A stretch of 64,000 nt of DNA from Vicugna vicugna (lineage: Eukaryota), in NCBI GenBank assembly GCA_013265495.1, contig MU057989.1, positions 1,565,513 through 1,629,512 of the forward strand, given 5' to 3'. Under the pieces are notes generated by a model. The model did not search any database and was not told the DNA's origin. It worked only from the letters and a program-made list of their open reading frames with translations. Shown here one piece after another: positions 10,454-20,200 of this stretch. The position numbers and the translations under genes were made by a program. Every line of letters begins with the position of its first letter. The first letter of the stretch is position 1.

Positions 10454-13400
10454 CTGGACGAAAGGATAAAGCAGAGGTGGACACCATAACTGACAAGTCT
10501 CTCCCTTCCAGGAGGATGCAGGCTACTTTACCATCCTGGGAGAGTACAGTGGCAGGAAGGGCTGTCCGCCCTTGGTGCTGGTACCACACCAATCCTCCGG
10601 TACTGGGTTGGTTACACTTTGGAAGTGCTTTGGGGGCTATCAGCAGAATTGCCTAGAGTCGCAGGGCCTCTGCTCCCTTAAGAAGGGACACCCCCGTCCT
10701 TCCTAGGGTGACCTGTACATCAAAAGGCCATTCACAGGTTACCTGCAGGGCTTTCTTTAGCCTGTCACCCCCCGTGGTTCTAAAAGGGCTAACCCGGGCC
10801 TTCAGCCTGAATCTGGCCCTTCCATGTCCATGTGTGCTGCTGCCCCGAGTTTAAGACCCTGGGGGCAGGTGATATTAACATGCACTCTACTATTGATATA
10901 TCGGAGATGTCCTTTACAGGCCCAATCTTGAGCCTCCGAATGGTCCCCGGTAATAACTTATCTAGTGGGCTCATACCTGTATGGCAGGGTTGTTCATTTA
11001 AAAGATGTACCACCTGTGGCAGTACAATGTTCCAGCCTCGTCCTTGTGGTTAAAGGGCCCTTAATTTATCCTATAGTAGGCCGTTGTATCGCTCAATCAT
11101 TCCTGCTGCTTGGGGGGCAGTAAGGCAAACGCAGTGTCCATTTAATATCATTTTCCTTGGCTTATTCCTGGGTCTGTTGGGCAGTAAAGGGGGCCCCCTA
11201 TCACTTTGTATTTCTAAGGGAGTCCTGTAAAGACTTGTGAAAGTTCCAGTGCTGCGATAGGAGAGTCCTGCATAACTCGGGGCACATGGTCAGCGAAACC
11301 CAGGCCAGTAGTGGTGTCTACTGCCGTCAGCAGGTACGGCAAGCCCGTGCTAGGAGAAATGGGCCTATGTAGTCTACTTGCCACACCTGCAATGGCTGGA
11401 CCCCCTGTGCAATCATCCCCGCCTGCTGGGGCCATCGCCGCTGGTCTGGGTGGCGATTAGCACACCATGGGCACGGCTGCACAGCATTCTTGGCTTCAAC
11501 TTGGCTCAACTTGCAGTCCCCGCCGGTCCCCTTCCTGCCTCATTGTGTATGGGCCTACATGGCCAAGTTTCTTATGGAGCCAGGGACCTATGTTGGGTCC
11601 CAGAGACATGGCCTGTACAGAATGAAGATGGGCTAGCACGTCAGTGGCATCGTTGCCTGGTGCCAAGGCTGGGCGGTGCCCCGGCACCTGGTAAATTGTG
11701 TACTGACTTTCTTGGCCTTTGTCCCACAATTCTTTCCACATATGCTGTCTCCATAGAGGTCAGTGCCCAATCATCTAGTCCTGCGTGGCCCATGGGGGCA
11801 GCCATAGTGTGAGGCCTCGGTATACAGCCCAGTTCTCCGTGCAGAGCTGCAAGGGGCTGGATTCATATGTTAACACCATCCATACCGCCAGTAGCTCAGC
11901 CCATTGGCTGGACTGGCCCTCTCGTCTCTCCCACCAGAAGGCTTCGGTGGCAGGGTGCAACGCCATTGCAACCCAAGTGGGCAGACTGTCCTTGCAAGAA
12001 CCATCCATGTACCAAGGGTTCTCCGGGGGTGGTCCCTTTCCTTCGAGGAAGGGACCAGGTGTGGGGTCCACCCCCTGATGTGGGAGCGTCTGCAAAGCAG
12101 GTGCAACAAATCTCACAGGCCCTAACCCCTGCTGCAGCTCTGCAGCCAAGGGGCTGGTGGTGTAGTGGGCTCCCTGTTCTAAGGAAGCACCCCACTTAGT
12201 CAGGGTTGGGGTCTGCCCAGTCGTCAGTTGGGGTTGCTTTGCCCACATATGTATCTATCCTGCAGTGGGATATGTGATTCGTACCATCCAGGGCTCAGTG
12301 GCTACTGAGGATGCATAAGTTGCTGACAATTGTTTCTCAATTAAGAAATAATGATATTCAGCTTGTTTCCATGGCTGAGACCAGGACCCTATGGGCACTT
12401 TTTGTCGCCCATGCTTTTGCCATAAGCCCCAACAATACACATCATCGTCCACATGGACTGTTAGCCAGAAGGGGAAGGCGGGATTGATGGTGCGCAGCGC
12501 CTGCACTTGGGCTACCGCCCTCTTAGTTTCTAAGAATGCATGTTCGGCTTCATCTGTCCAGTCCCAGACTTTTCCCTTCTTAATCAATTTATAGAGGGTT
12601 TAGCTATTTGGGCCAGATGAGGGATAAACACCTGCCAATATCCCAGAAGGCCCAAGTAAGTCTGTAACTGTTTAACCGTGTTGGGGCGGGAATATGCCTG
12701 GATCTTGTCTATCACCACTTCAGGCAGCATTTTGGTCTTACCCGACCAGACAATACCCCAAAACTTGACAGAACATCCAGGTCTTTGCACTTTGTCCTCA
12801 TTCACAGCCCACCCCCAGCCCGCCAGGGCTTCTTGCAGCACTGTGACACTGGTTTCTAAATCTGAAAGAGAGTCAGAGGTTAGCATTATGTCATCTATAT
12901 AATGGAACAAACGAATAGTGTCAGGTTTGCTCCACGTGGCCAGGTCCTAGGCCACCAGGCTGTGGCACAGTGTGGGGCTGCACAGATATCCCTGTGATCT
13001 TACAACAAAAGTCCATTGTCTTCCTTCCCAGGTAAACGCAGACTGTCCCTGGCTCTCAGGGGCTGTGTCTGTAGAGAAGAACGCATTGGCCAGGTCAACC
13101 ACGTAGTGGCAAGTACCCAGTTCATGGGACAGCCGGTCCATCAAATCTGTTATGTTTGTCACAGCTGCATGCATGGGGGTGACTTTGTTCAGTTCTCGAC
13201 AGTCCACTATCATCTTCCAGGAGCTGTCTGGCTTCCACACCGGCCACACTGGAGAGTTACATGCTATGCATTGGCTGAATAATACCGGCTTCCTCAAGTT
13301 TTAAGATAGTCCGTCCTATCTCACCGTGGCCCCCGGCAACTGATATTGCCTGATGTTCACCACTCGAGTGGCCTGTTGCAGAACCAGAAGTGCATGATGG

Positions 13401-13788
13401 GGGTGCCCCCGGGTAAGTGTTTTTACCATGCGAACTCTCAGGCGAAATTCCCCTTGAGTCGTCTGTATCTGCAATCCCTGTGAAATGTCTATGCCCAAAA
13501 TATATTCAGCTATTTGAGGATACATGTACTTCATATGCAGCGGAGGGCAAGCGGCCAATACCTAAAGTCAGAGTCACTTGTCTGGCTCACACTTGCTTGC
13601 CTCCATATCCCTCTGTATCATGGTCCCCTAAAGCAATCTGGATTTCCATACGATAATGTAATGTAGGCTCCTGAATCTACTAATGCCAATATCCGCTACT
13701 TGTTCGTGGGAGACCAGTGGATGGTCAGTTCAACGTGTGGCCTCCGGTTGCTTGGGTTCCCCACGTTCCGAACGCCTCAGCCTCAACC
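10449..13788 (-). pseudogene. pol: Retroviral pro-pol pseudogene (protease, RT, RNase H, integrase)
   Basis: DSG at 13669-13677; [23 protein letters not shown]; [10 protein letters not shown]; YIDD at 12890-12901; WYMDGS (RNase H); WLHKKLGH...CPWC; WQVDYIGP; LTAVDTTTG; SDRG; MIERYNG; stop TGA at 10449-10451. Confidence 0.92.
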
Positions 13789-15094
13789 CTAGTCAGGGAG
13801 GAAATCAGTAAGGGCCACCTCTCGGGCCTGTAGGAAGGCTGGCAACAGGGTGTATTGTTGCTCAGGCCATAATTTTTTCCATAGGGCCATCAGGACCTCC
13901 AATGGTTGGCCATCCAATTTTGCATGGTCCAAGCCAGCCGCCAGCAAGTTGCACCATATTTGTCAGCAACTTACCTTCTGGGGCCCTCCCGGAATTGGAG
14001 CATTCCTCTTTTTTCCCCCTTGAGTGGGCTTCCCATTTTTAGTCATTGCACGGGAGGAGGCCATGGACTCACCTTTAGTCCTGGCAGCATGTACTCCCTT
14101 TTGGCGCACCTTTGTGTCCCCTAGACAAGCCAGAGCCCCAGTTGCCTCATGTATGGGGTGGTCTACATACGGCGCTAGTAATGCTGCCATGGTCCCAAAG
14201 GTTCCCGCTGGGCCGTTAGCCAAAATCAAGTCTTTCATCCAGGCTGTAAGAACTTCTTCATTTGGACTGTGGAATTGCAAAGCAAACATAACTTGGCGCA
14301 TGTCCATTTCTCGGACAACTTGCACTAAATCCAAATACGTGGGCCATTTGCTCATGTGTTCAGGTAAATCCCCTGCACTGTCCCATACAGTGTGTGCAGC
14401 AGCCACCAACCAGTTTATCAACGTATGGTTGCCGGCATCAGCACTAGACTGGGGAATGTTTTGCAGCCATTGTCGCAACAAGGGCACAGTTGTTATGCTG
14501 GCCAGCGGGCCCATCTCCTTTGGAGATAGCTCCGTCTGGTCAGCCCTATCATTCCAAAGGCGCAGTAGCCATGTGGGGACTGACTCACCCATACGCTGTT
14601 CACACTGCTTTGCTAGGTCCCGCAGTTACATCGACGAATAAGATGTATAGGTGGCTTGTTGAGTTGCCTGCCGTGGCCCTGCAGGCGCCCCCCTCTGAGC
14701 CAAGGGCTCCTCCAGTTCCACCTGCTGCAGCACCACGGGTTGTACACGCAGCAGAACAAGGGGGGCCGTGCTCACCGCTCCCGAAGAGGCGTTGGAACTG
14801 GAGTCATGCAGGCATTTTTCCGTTATACTGAGTCTCTGCTCGAGTTCCTCCTCCTTGCACTGTAACTGCTCTACTTGCACCTGTAACTCTCTATTTTCTT
14901 GGCTGGCATGGCGTAAAGCCGATGAAAACATCCAGGCTACCCTCCCTGCTGCCTCCCAGTGGGCCTGTGGGACGTTGTTTTCCAACAACTCTAGCCGGGG
15001 GCGCCACTGTGGCCCAGTCTTCAGGTGGGGCCCATGCCAGCAAATAGGCCGCTACTGGGTACCGTAAAGAGGTAGGGGGCCACAGTGTTTCCAT
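13789..15094 (-). pseudogene. gag: Retroviral gag pseudogene (class III type)
   Basis: ATG at 15094 (METLWPPTSLRYPVAAYLLAWAPPEDW), coiled-coil segment, GESVPTWLLRLWND, C-terminal LMALWKKL; terminal TAG at 13789-13791; internal stops at 14626-14628 and 13963-13965. Confidence 0.85.
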
Positions 15095-15142
15095 CCGAGC
15101 GTCCCCGTTAGAGGAAGGGAGAGCAGAAGGGGCACTCACCTG

Positions 15143-15160
15143 ATCCTGCCAACTACTACA
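15143..15160 (-). other. Primer-binding site, tRNA-Ser type
   Basis: Minus strand TGTAGTAGTTGGCAGGAT matches TGGCGTAGTCGGCAGGAT (complement of the tRNA-Ser 3' end) at 15/18 positions, 5 nt after the 5' LTR end. Confidence 0.8.
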
Positions 15161-15165
15161 CGAAG

Positions 15166-15451
15166 TGTCAGCCACAGGAGGCTGGAGAGGGATCCGAAGA
15201 GGTGAGCTGCCCAACTGTAGGAATGCGTGAGGAGCTGACATAATGTGCAAGGAGCTGACATGGAGCAAAACAGTACTTTATTGCAGTACAAGGGATTGTG
15301 TGCACCTCAGGTGTACACTGGTCCTTATATAATGCCCATGCACGCGTATTGTACGTAGTTACCCCATCCTTACAATATCAGCACATGAGTATATTTTCTT
15401 CTTACATCATGCATATGCAAGTTATTGTGAACGCTGACCTAGGTCCCACGG
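15166..15451 (-). mobile_element. 5' LTR of the ERV-S-like provirus, with the first approximately 23-27 nt of U3 missing
   Basis: Homologous to 8995-9274; TATATAA at 15331-15325; AATAAA at 15282-15277; carries an extra 20-nt tandem duplication (about 15222-15261); homology stops at ggtcccacgg. Confidence 0.88.
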
Positions 15452-15700
15452 GGGAGGCGACCAAGATGGAGCCCAGATCCGCTGCAGCTGTCTCACACGA
15501 GGAAGGTGCCTGCTGGAAGCGGAACTCAAGGGCGCCGGACTGGGGGAGCAGGCCAGACTACACTTCCCGTAGTGCCCTGCGCTGGGCCTGAGACTCCCAG
15601 GGGCAAGGCAGTGCAGTGCCGCCTGGAGGGTCTCCTTGGGACGCAGCACTGCCAGGGCCTGAGAAAGGGCTTAGACTGGAGTGGGTGCGACCTTGTCCTT
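15452..15700. promoter_or_regulatory. Right half of an orphan CpG-rich promoter-like element (left half 8790-8994)
   Basis: YY1-like CAAGATGGAG at 15462-15471; tandem ETS-like GGAAGCGGAACT at 15515-15526; ZNF143-like ACTACACTTCCCGTAGTGC at 15557-15575; 11 CpG in about 240 bp. Confidence 0.55.
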
Positions 15701-15927
15701 GTGGAGGCCACTGGACAGTTCCTTACATACTCTCAGCCTCGGTCTCCACATCTGTGAATAGGGGACATTAACTCGTTCAAAACCCTGTCATCCATTCATA
15801 CGTATATTTTTTAAAGCCATATTTTTTGTATATACATATATATATATTTATTGATGTATAGTCAGTTTAGAATGTTGTGTAAACTTCTGGTGTACAGCAT
15901 AATGCTTCAGTCATAGAGCCATTTTTT

Positions 15928-17338
15928 TTCTATTTAACTATGCTTTTATTATCAACATTTTGAGACATGCAGGAAAGTGGAAGTATTTTTATGCTGAACA
16001 ACTATACACATACTACCTAGATTTTGTAATAAACATTTTACTATACTACTTGCTTTTTTTAAAATTGAAGTACAATCAATTACAATGTGTCAATGTCTCA
16101 GTCATGCATATACATACATATATTCATTTTCATATTTTTTTATTAAAGGTTATTACAAGATATTGAACAGAATTCCCTGTGCTATACGGAAGAAATTTTT
16201 TTAAAACTATTTTTATATATAGAGACTAACATTTGTAAATCTCAAGCTACCAAATTTATCCCTTCCCACCCTCTTTTCTGGTTAACCATAAGATTGTTTA
16301 CTAAGTCTGCAAATCTGTTTCTGTTTTGTAGATGGGTTCATAGTGTCCTCTTTTTTTGAGGGGGGATTCCACATATGAGTGATCTCATATGGTATTTTTC
16401 TTTCTCTTTCTGGCTTACTTTACTTAGAATGACGATCTCTAGGTCCATTCATGTTGTTGCAAAAGGCATTATTTTATTCTCTTTGAGTAGTATTCCACTG
16501 TATAAATATACCATAGCTTCTTTATCCAGTCATTTGTCAATGGACATTTAAGTTGCTTCCATGTCTTGGCTGTTGTAAATAGTGCTGCTATGAACACTGG
16601 GGTGCATGTATCTTTTCACATTAGAGTTCCCTNNNNNNNNNNNNNNNNNNNNNNNNNNNNNNNNNNNNNNNNNNNNNNNNNNNNNNNNNNNNNNNNNNNN
16701 NNNNNNNNNNNNNNNNNNNNNNNNNNNNNNNNNNNNNNNNNNNNNNNNNNNNNNNNNNNNNNNNNNNNNNNNNNNNNNNNNNNNNNNNNNNNNNNNTTCA
16801 TGGACTTCTGAATGATGGTCATTCTGAGTGGTGTGAGGTAATACCTCATTGTAGTTTTGATTTGCCTTTCTTTGATAATTAGTGATATTGAGCATTTATT
16901 TTTTCATGATTGACCATTTGTGTGTCTTCATTGGAGAATTGCTTGCTTAGGTCTTCTGCCCATTTTTGGATTGGGTTGTTATTAAGTTGTATGAGCTGAT
17001 TATATATTCTGGAAATTAAGCTTTTGCCAGTTGCATCATTTGCAAATATTTTCTCCCATTCCGTAGGCTGTCGGTTTGTTTTGCTTATGGTTTCGTTTGC
17101 TGTGCAAAAGCTTATGCGTTTAATTAGGTCCCATTTGTTTATTTTTGCTCTTATTTCCATTGCCTGGGTAGACTGCCCTAGGAGAAACTTGCTAAGATTG
17201 ATGTCAGAGAATATTTTGCCTATGTTTTCTTCTAGATTTATCGTATCTTTTCTTATATTTAAGTCTTTAAGCCATTTTGAGTTTATTTTTGTGTATGGAG
17301 TGAGGGAGTGTTCTGACTTCATTGATTGGCATGCTGCG
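15928..17338 (-). mobile_element. 5'-truncated LINE-1 (ORF2 3' end plus 3' UTR) with probable 3' transduction
   Basis: ORF2 peptide [29 protein letters not shown]...KINKWDLIK...[11 protein letters not shown]; L1 3' UTR to poly-T at 16054-16060; 14-bp TSD TAGAGCCAT(A/T)TTTT at 15914-15927 and 17339-17352; N gap inside. Confidence 0.88.
16633..16796. other. Assembly gap (others: 38025-38154, 41285-41395, 46399-46543)
   Basis: Runs of N in the sequence. Confidence 1.
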
Positions 17339-17519
17339 TAGAGCCATATTTTGAGCAATCCCGTTTGCCAGCTCTGCCAGGCTGGGGTTACCATGGTGAT
17401 GAACAGGTGCTTTCTTTCGTGGAACTTACATTCTACCAAGCAAGGCATACAGTGGACAAATAATTGCACAAATAGTTGTTTAGTCGCTTCTTTGGTGAAT
17501 GCTGGTGAAGAGAAACATG

Positions 17520-18027
17520 CCAGGACCTGGGACCTGGGCCCTTTGCTGCAGAGTATGCCCAGGCTGGGACCCGGGAACTGGGACCCTGGGACCCTGGGCT
17601 GCAATGTCTGCACCAGAGGGAACAACAGAATAGAAAGAAATTATAAAGAACTAAAAATAACTGTGTGCATGCACAGTTGGGACCATATATAAGCAATAAG
17701 ATACAAAAGGGCCAAAAACCCAACTGCCACTTCTGAGGCGTCCAGAGCAAAAGCAGGATTCTGTGCATGATCCCTGCACACAGCACCACCATGGGGGTGG
17801 GCAGATCACCTACGTGCCCCCTCCAGCCCAACCCCTGGACCTGCCCCTACCCTCACCCCATTTAAGACACCAGCTCTCCCCCTCCTCAGGGAGTGAGCAA
17901 GGGAACCTATTACTTGTTTTTGCTCCCTTGTGCTGCATGAGTCCCAGTAAAGCCTTGGCTGAATTTGTCTTCTTCCCTCTTATCAATTTCTATTGATTAA
18001 GGAGGCCAAGAACTCAGGCTGGTAACA
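17520..18027 (+). mobile_element. ERV1-type solo LTR (cetartiodactyl-like)
   Basis: Ends cttatcaatttctattgattaaggaggccaagaactcaggctggtaaca; AGTAAA signal near 17946; gggaccctg tandem repeats in U3; left boundary approximate. Confidence 0.6.
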
Positions 18028-18583
18028 AAAGGGGTAGGAAAGAGGAACCCTGACCCCCTGAGGATGGAAGTGACAGTTGAGTGAAGGAGTGTGAAGGTAG
18101 CTTAGCGTAGCCTGGGGAACTAGGGGAGAGGGTTTTACACAGAAGGAACCGCAGGTGTGAAGGTCCTGAGGCCGGAGGGATCAGGGTGCATTTGAGAAAC
18201 AGAAAGGAGACCAGTGTGACCTGGTGCAGGGAGCCAAGTGTGGGAGACAAGGCTGGAGAGGTGGGACCATGCAAGAGGGCCTCAGAGGCTCTGGTGAAGA
18301 TTGAGGGTTATATCCCAAGAGCAACGGGAGACCAGCGGAGTTTAGGAGTCCGAGCAGGATAGGTTGTGATAGGAGAGGAAGCTTTCTGGAGTACAGATCT
18401 CAGGGAGAAGAGAGGGGATCAGTCAGATCAGCTGGAAGCTGCCAGGATCCAGAGTTGAGGTAATACTAGTGGTGGCAGTAGTCACTGAGGGATGGATCTG
18501 ACCCAGATTCCTGAAGCAGAATCAGCAGGGCCCTATGGCTAATTGGGTTGTGGTGAAGAAAAGAGAAGGCAAGAATAACTCAT

Positions 18584-18680
18584 GGGGGTGGAGTACAGCT
18601 CAGTGGTAGAGCGTGTGCTTAGCATGCATGAGGTCCTGGATTCAATCCCCCGTACCTCCACTAACAACAACAGAAAAAAG
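18584..18680 (+). mobile_element. tRNA-Ala-derived SINE (camelid Vic-1-like), short form
   Basis: agctcagtggtagagcgtgtgcttagcatgcatgaggtcctggattcaatcccc plus A-rich tail; 13-bp TSD aagaataa(c/t)tcat. Confidence 0.85.
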
Positions 18681-19546
18681 AATAATTCATTAATAAAATG
18701 AGGATACTAATATCTGGATTAGGTGCCATTGTGACTTAAAGAGACAACAGAATGCCTGACACATAATAAAGGCTTAATATATGCTAATTTTGTAAGTAAT
18801 AAAGACTGCCTCTGTGTACAGAGCAGTGTTGTTTGTAATGATAAAACCTAAAAACAATCTAAATGTCAGTCAACAGAATGATGGATGGAGAAATCTCACA
18901 GAGAGTGTATTAAGCAAAAAAGCAAGTGGCAGAATGAAACCATTTCCATAAATTATAAGAACAGGCAGAACAATGCTACATATAATTGAGGGATACAAGC
19001 ATATGCAATAGAAATGTAAAGAAGTACTTGGGATTTGGATAAACACCTAATTCAAGGTGATGATTACCCACGGCATAGGGGGGCAGGGGTTGGAAAGAGA
19101 TGTGATTGGGCAGAAGTACAGGGGGCATAAACTGCAAGTCTTAATGTGGTTTTTCTTTTTTTTTAACAGCAGCAATAATAACAAAATAACCATTATTGGG
19201 AATTTGCATTCTTGAAACATTGAAACCTAGCAAATGTTTTCAGAAATAATTTAAAATAAATGCAGTGCTAATTCTAAAGCAGGTAATATTGATTGTATAC
19301 TGTTTCTATTTTAATTTTAATTTTAATTTTGTATTGAAGTGTAATTGATTTACAGTGTTAGTTTCAGGTGTACAGCAAAGTGATTCAATCATACATATAC
19401 ATACATATAATATTTTTTCAGATTCTTTTCCATTATATGTTATTACAAGAAATTGAGTATAGTTCCCTGTGCTAAACACTAGGTCCTTGTTGTTTATTTT
19501 ATATATAGTTATTTTAATTTTTTAAAAGAGGTCATCTTTAAATCTG

Positions 19547-19635
19547 TTTTTTTTTTTAATGGAGGTTCTGGGAATTGAACCCAGGACCTCGTGCATGCTA
19601 AGCAGGTGCTCTAGCACTGAGCGATTACCCTCCCC
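19547..19635 (-). mobile_element. tRNA-derived SINE, short form
   Basis: Poly-T + aatggaggttctgggaattgaacccaggacctcgtgcatgctaagc...ccctcccc. Confidence 0.8.
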
Positions 19636-19649
19636 TCTCTATTTTAATT

Positions 19650-20200
19650 TTTATAAATTTCTCTTCTCCATCTAAGATTTTTACTTGAGCTATAACATAG
19701 CTATGGTAACGTGCACAAATCTTAAGGGTATGGCTCAAAGACTCTGACAAATCTGTACCCCTGTGTAATCTCAGATCAAGATATAGGTTATTATCAATAC
19801 TTTAGAAGGTTCCCACATGCCCCACCCTAGTCAGTACCTCCAGCCCTTGCCCCAAAACACAGATCTGATTTCCATCACCTTCAGTGGATTTTTTCCTGGT
19901 TCTGAACTCTGTGGAAGGCATCCACAGAATGTGTTCTCTTTGCTGTCTGGCTTCTACATTCACCATTAGGTCTGTGAGACTCATCCATACTGTTGTGTGT
20001 ATCAGCGGTGGTAGGTTCATTTTGATTGCCAAAGAGCAGCCTATTGTGTGACTCTGCCACAATTTATCCACTCTCTTGTCATCTGACATTTGGAGTTTCT
20101 GGTTATGGGCAACCGTAAATAAGGCTGCTAGAACATTCTTGTCTGTGAAATCTGCGGAAGGTTTTATTGTACCAGGCATGTGGGAATTCACTCATTTAAA
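19650..20200 (-). mobile_element. Old L1M 3' fragment
   Basis: gtgcacaaatcttaaggg...ttgctgtctggcttct...tcatccatactgttgtgtgtatcag...gtaaataaggctgctagaacatt, typical ancient L1 3' sequence. Confidence 0.6.

Larger units (their letters stand above)
8995..15451 (-). mobile_element. Full-length defective class III endogenous retrovirus (ERV-S/HERV-S-like) with gag, pro-pol and env
   Basis: Two homologous LTRs of about 300 bp (8995-9297, 15166-15451), tRNA-Ser PBS, class III-type gag (ESVPTWLLRLW), protease ALVDSG, RT YIDD, RNase H, integrase HHCC and D,D35E, and env with CWVC and ISD. Many stops and frameshifts. Confidence 0.93.

Noticed and set aside
15485-15510. Alternative 5' LTR end at tctcaca with flank cgagg as TSD
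   Set aside because: No homology to the 3' LTR terminus (GCTGACA), and the left cgagg is separated from the LTR by acgg; the microhomology-deletion model fits better.
15466-15591. Short ORF MEPRSAAAV... right of the 5' LTR
   Set aside because: Only 41 codons with no recognisable homology; the ATG is more simply part of a YY1-like motif.
17520-17600. Short spaced direct repeats (gggaccctg)
   Set aside because: Part of an LTR U3; no repeat-spacer structure, so not CRISPR-like.
16879-17625. 248-aa ORF on minus strand
   Set aside because: Chance fusion of antisense LTR/unique sequence to a truncated L1 ORF2 fragment; not a gene.
18584-18660. tRNA-Ala(AGC)-like sequence (and about 10 similar copies)
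   Set aside because: A-rich tails, target-site duplications and broken stems identify SINEs, not tRNA genes.
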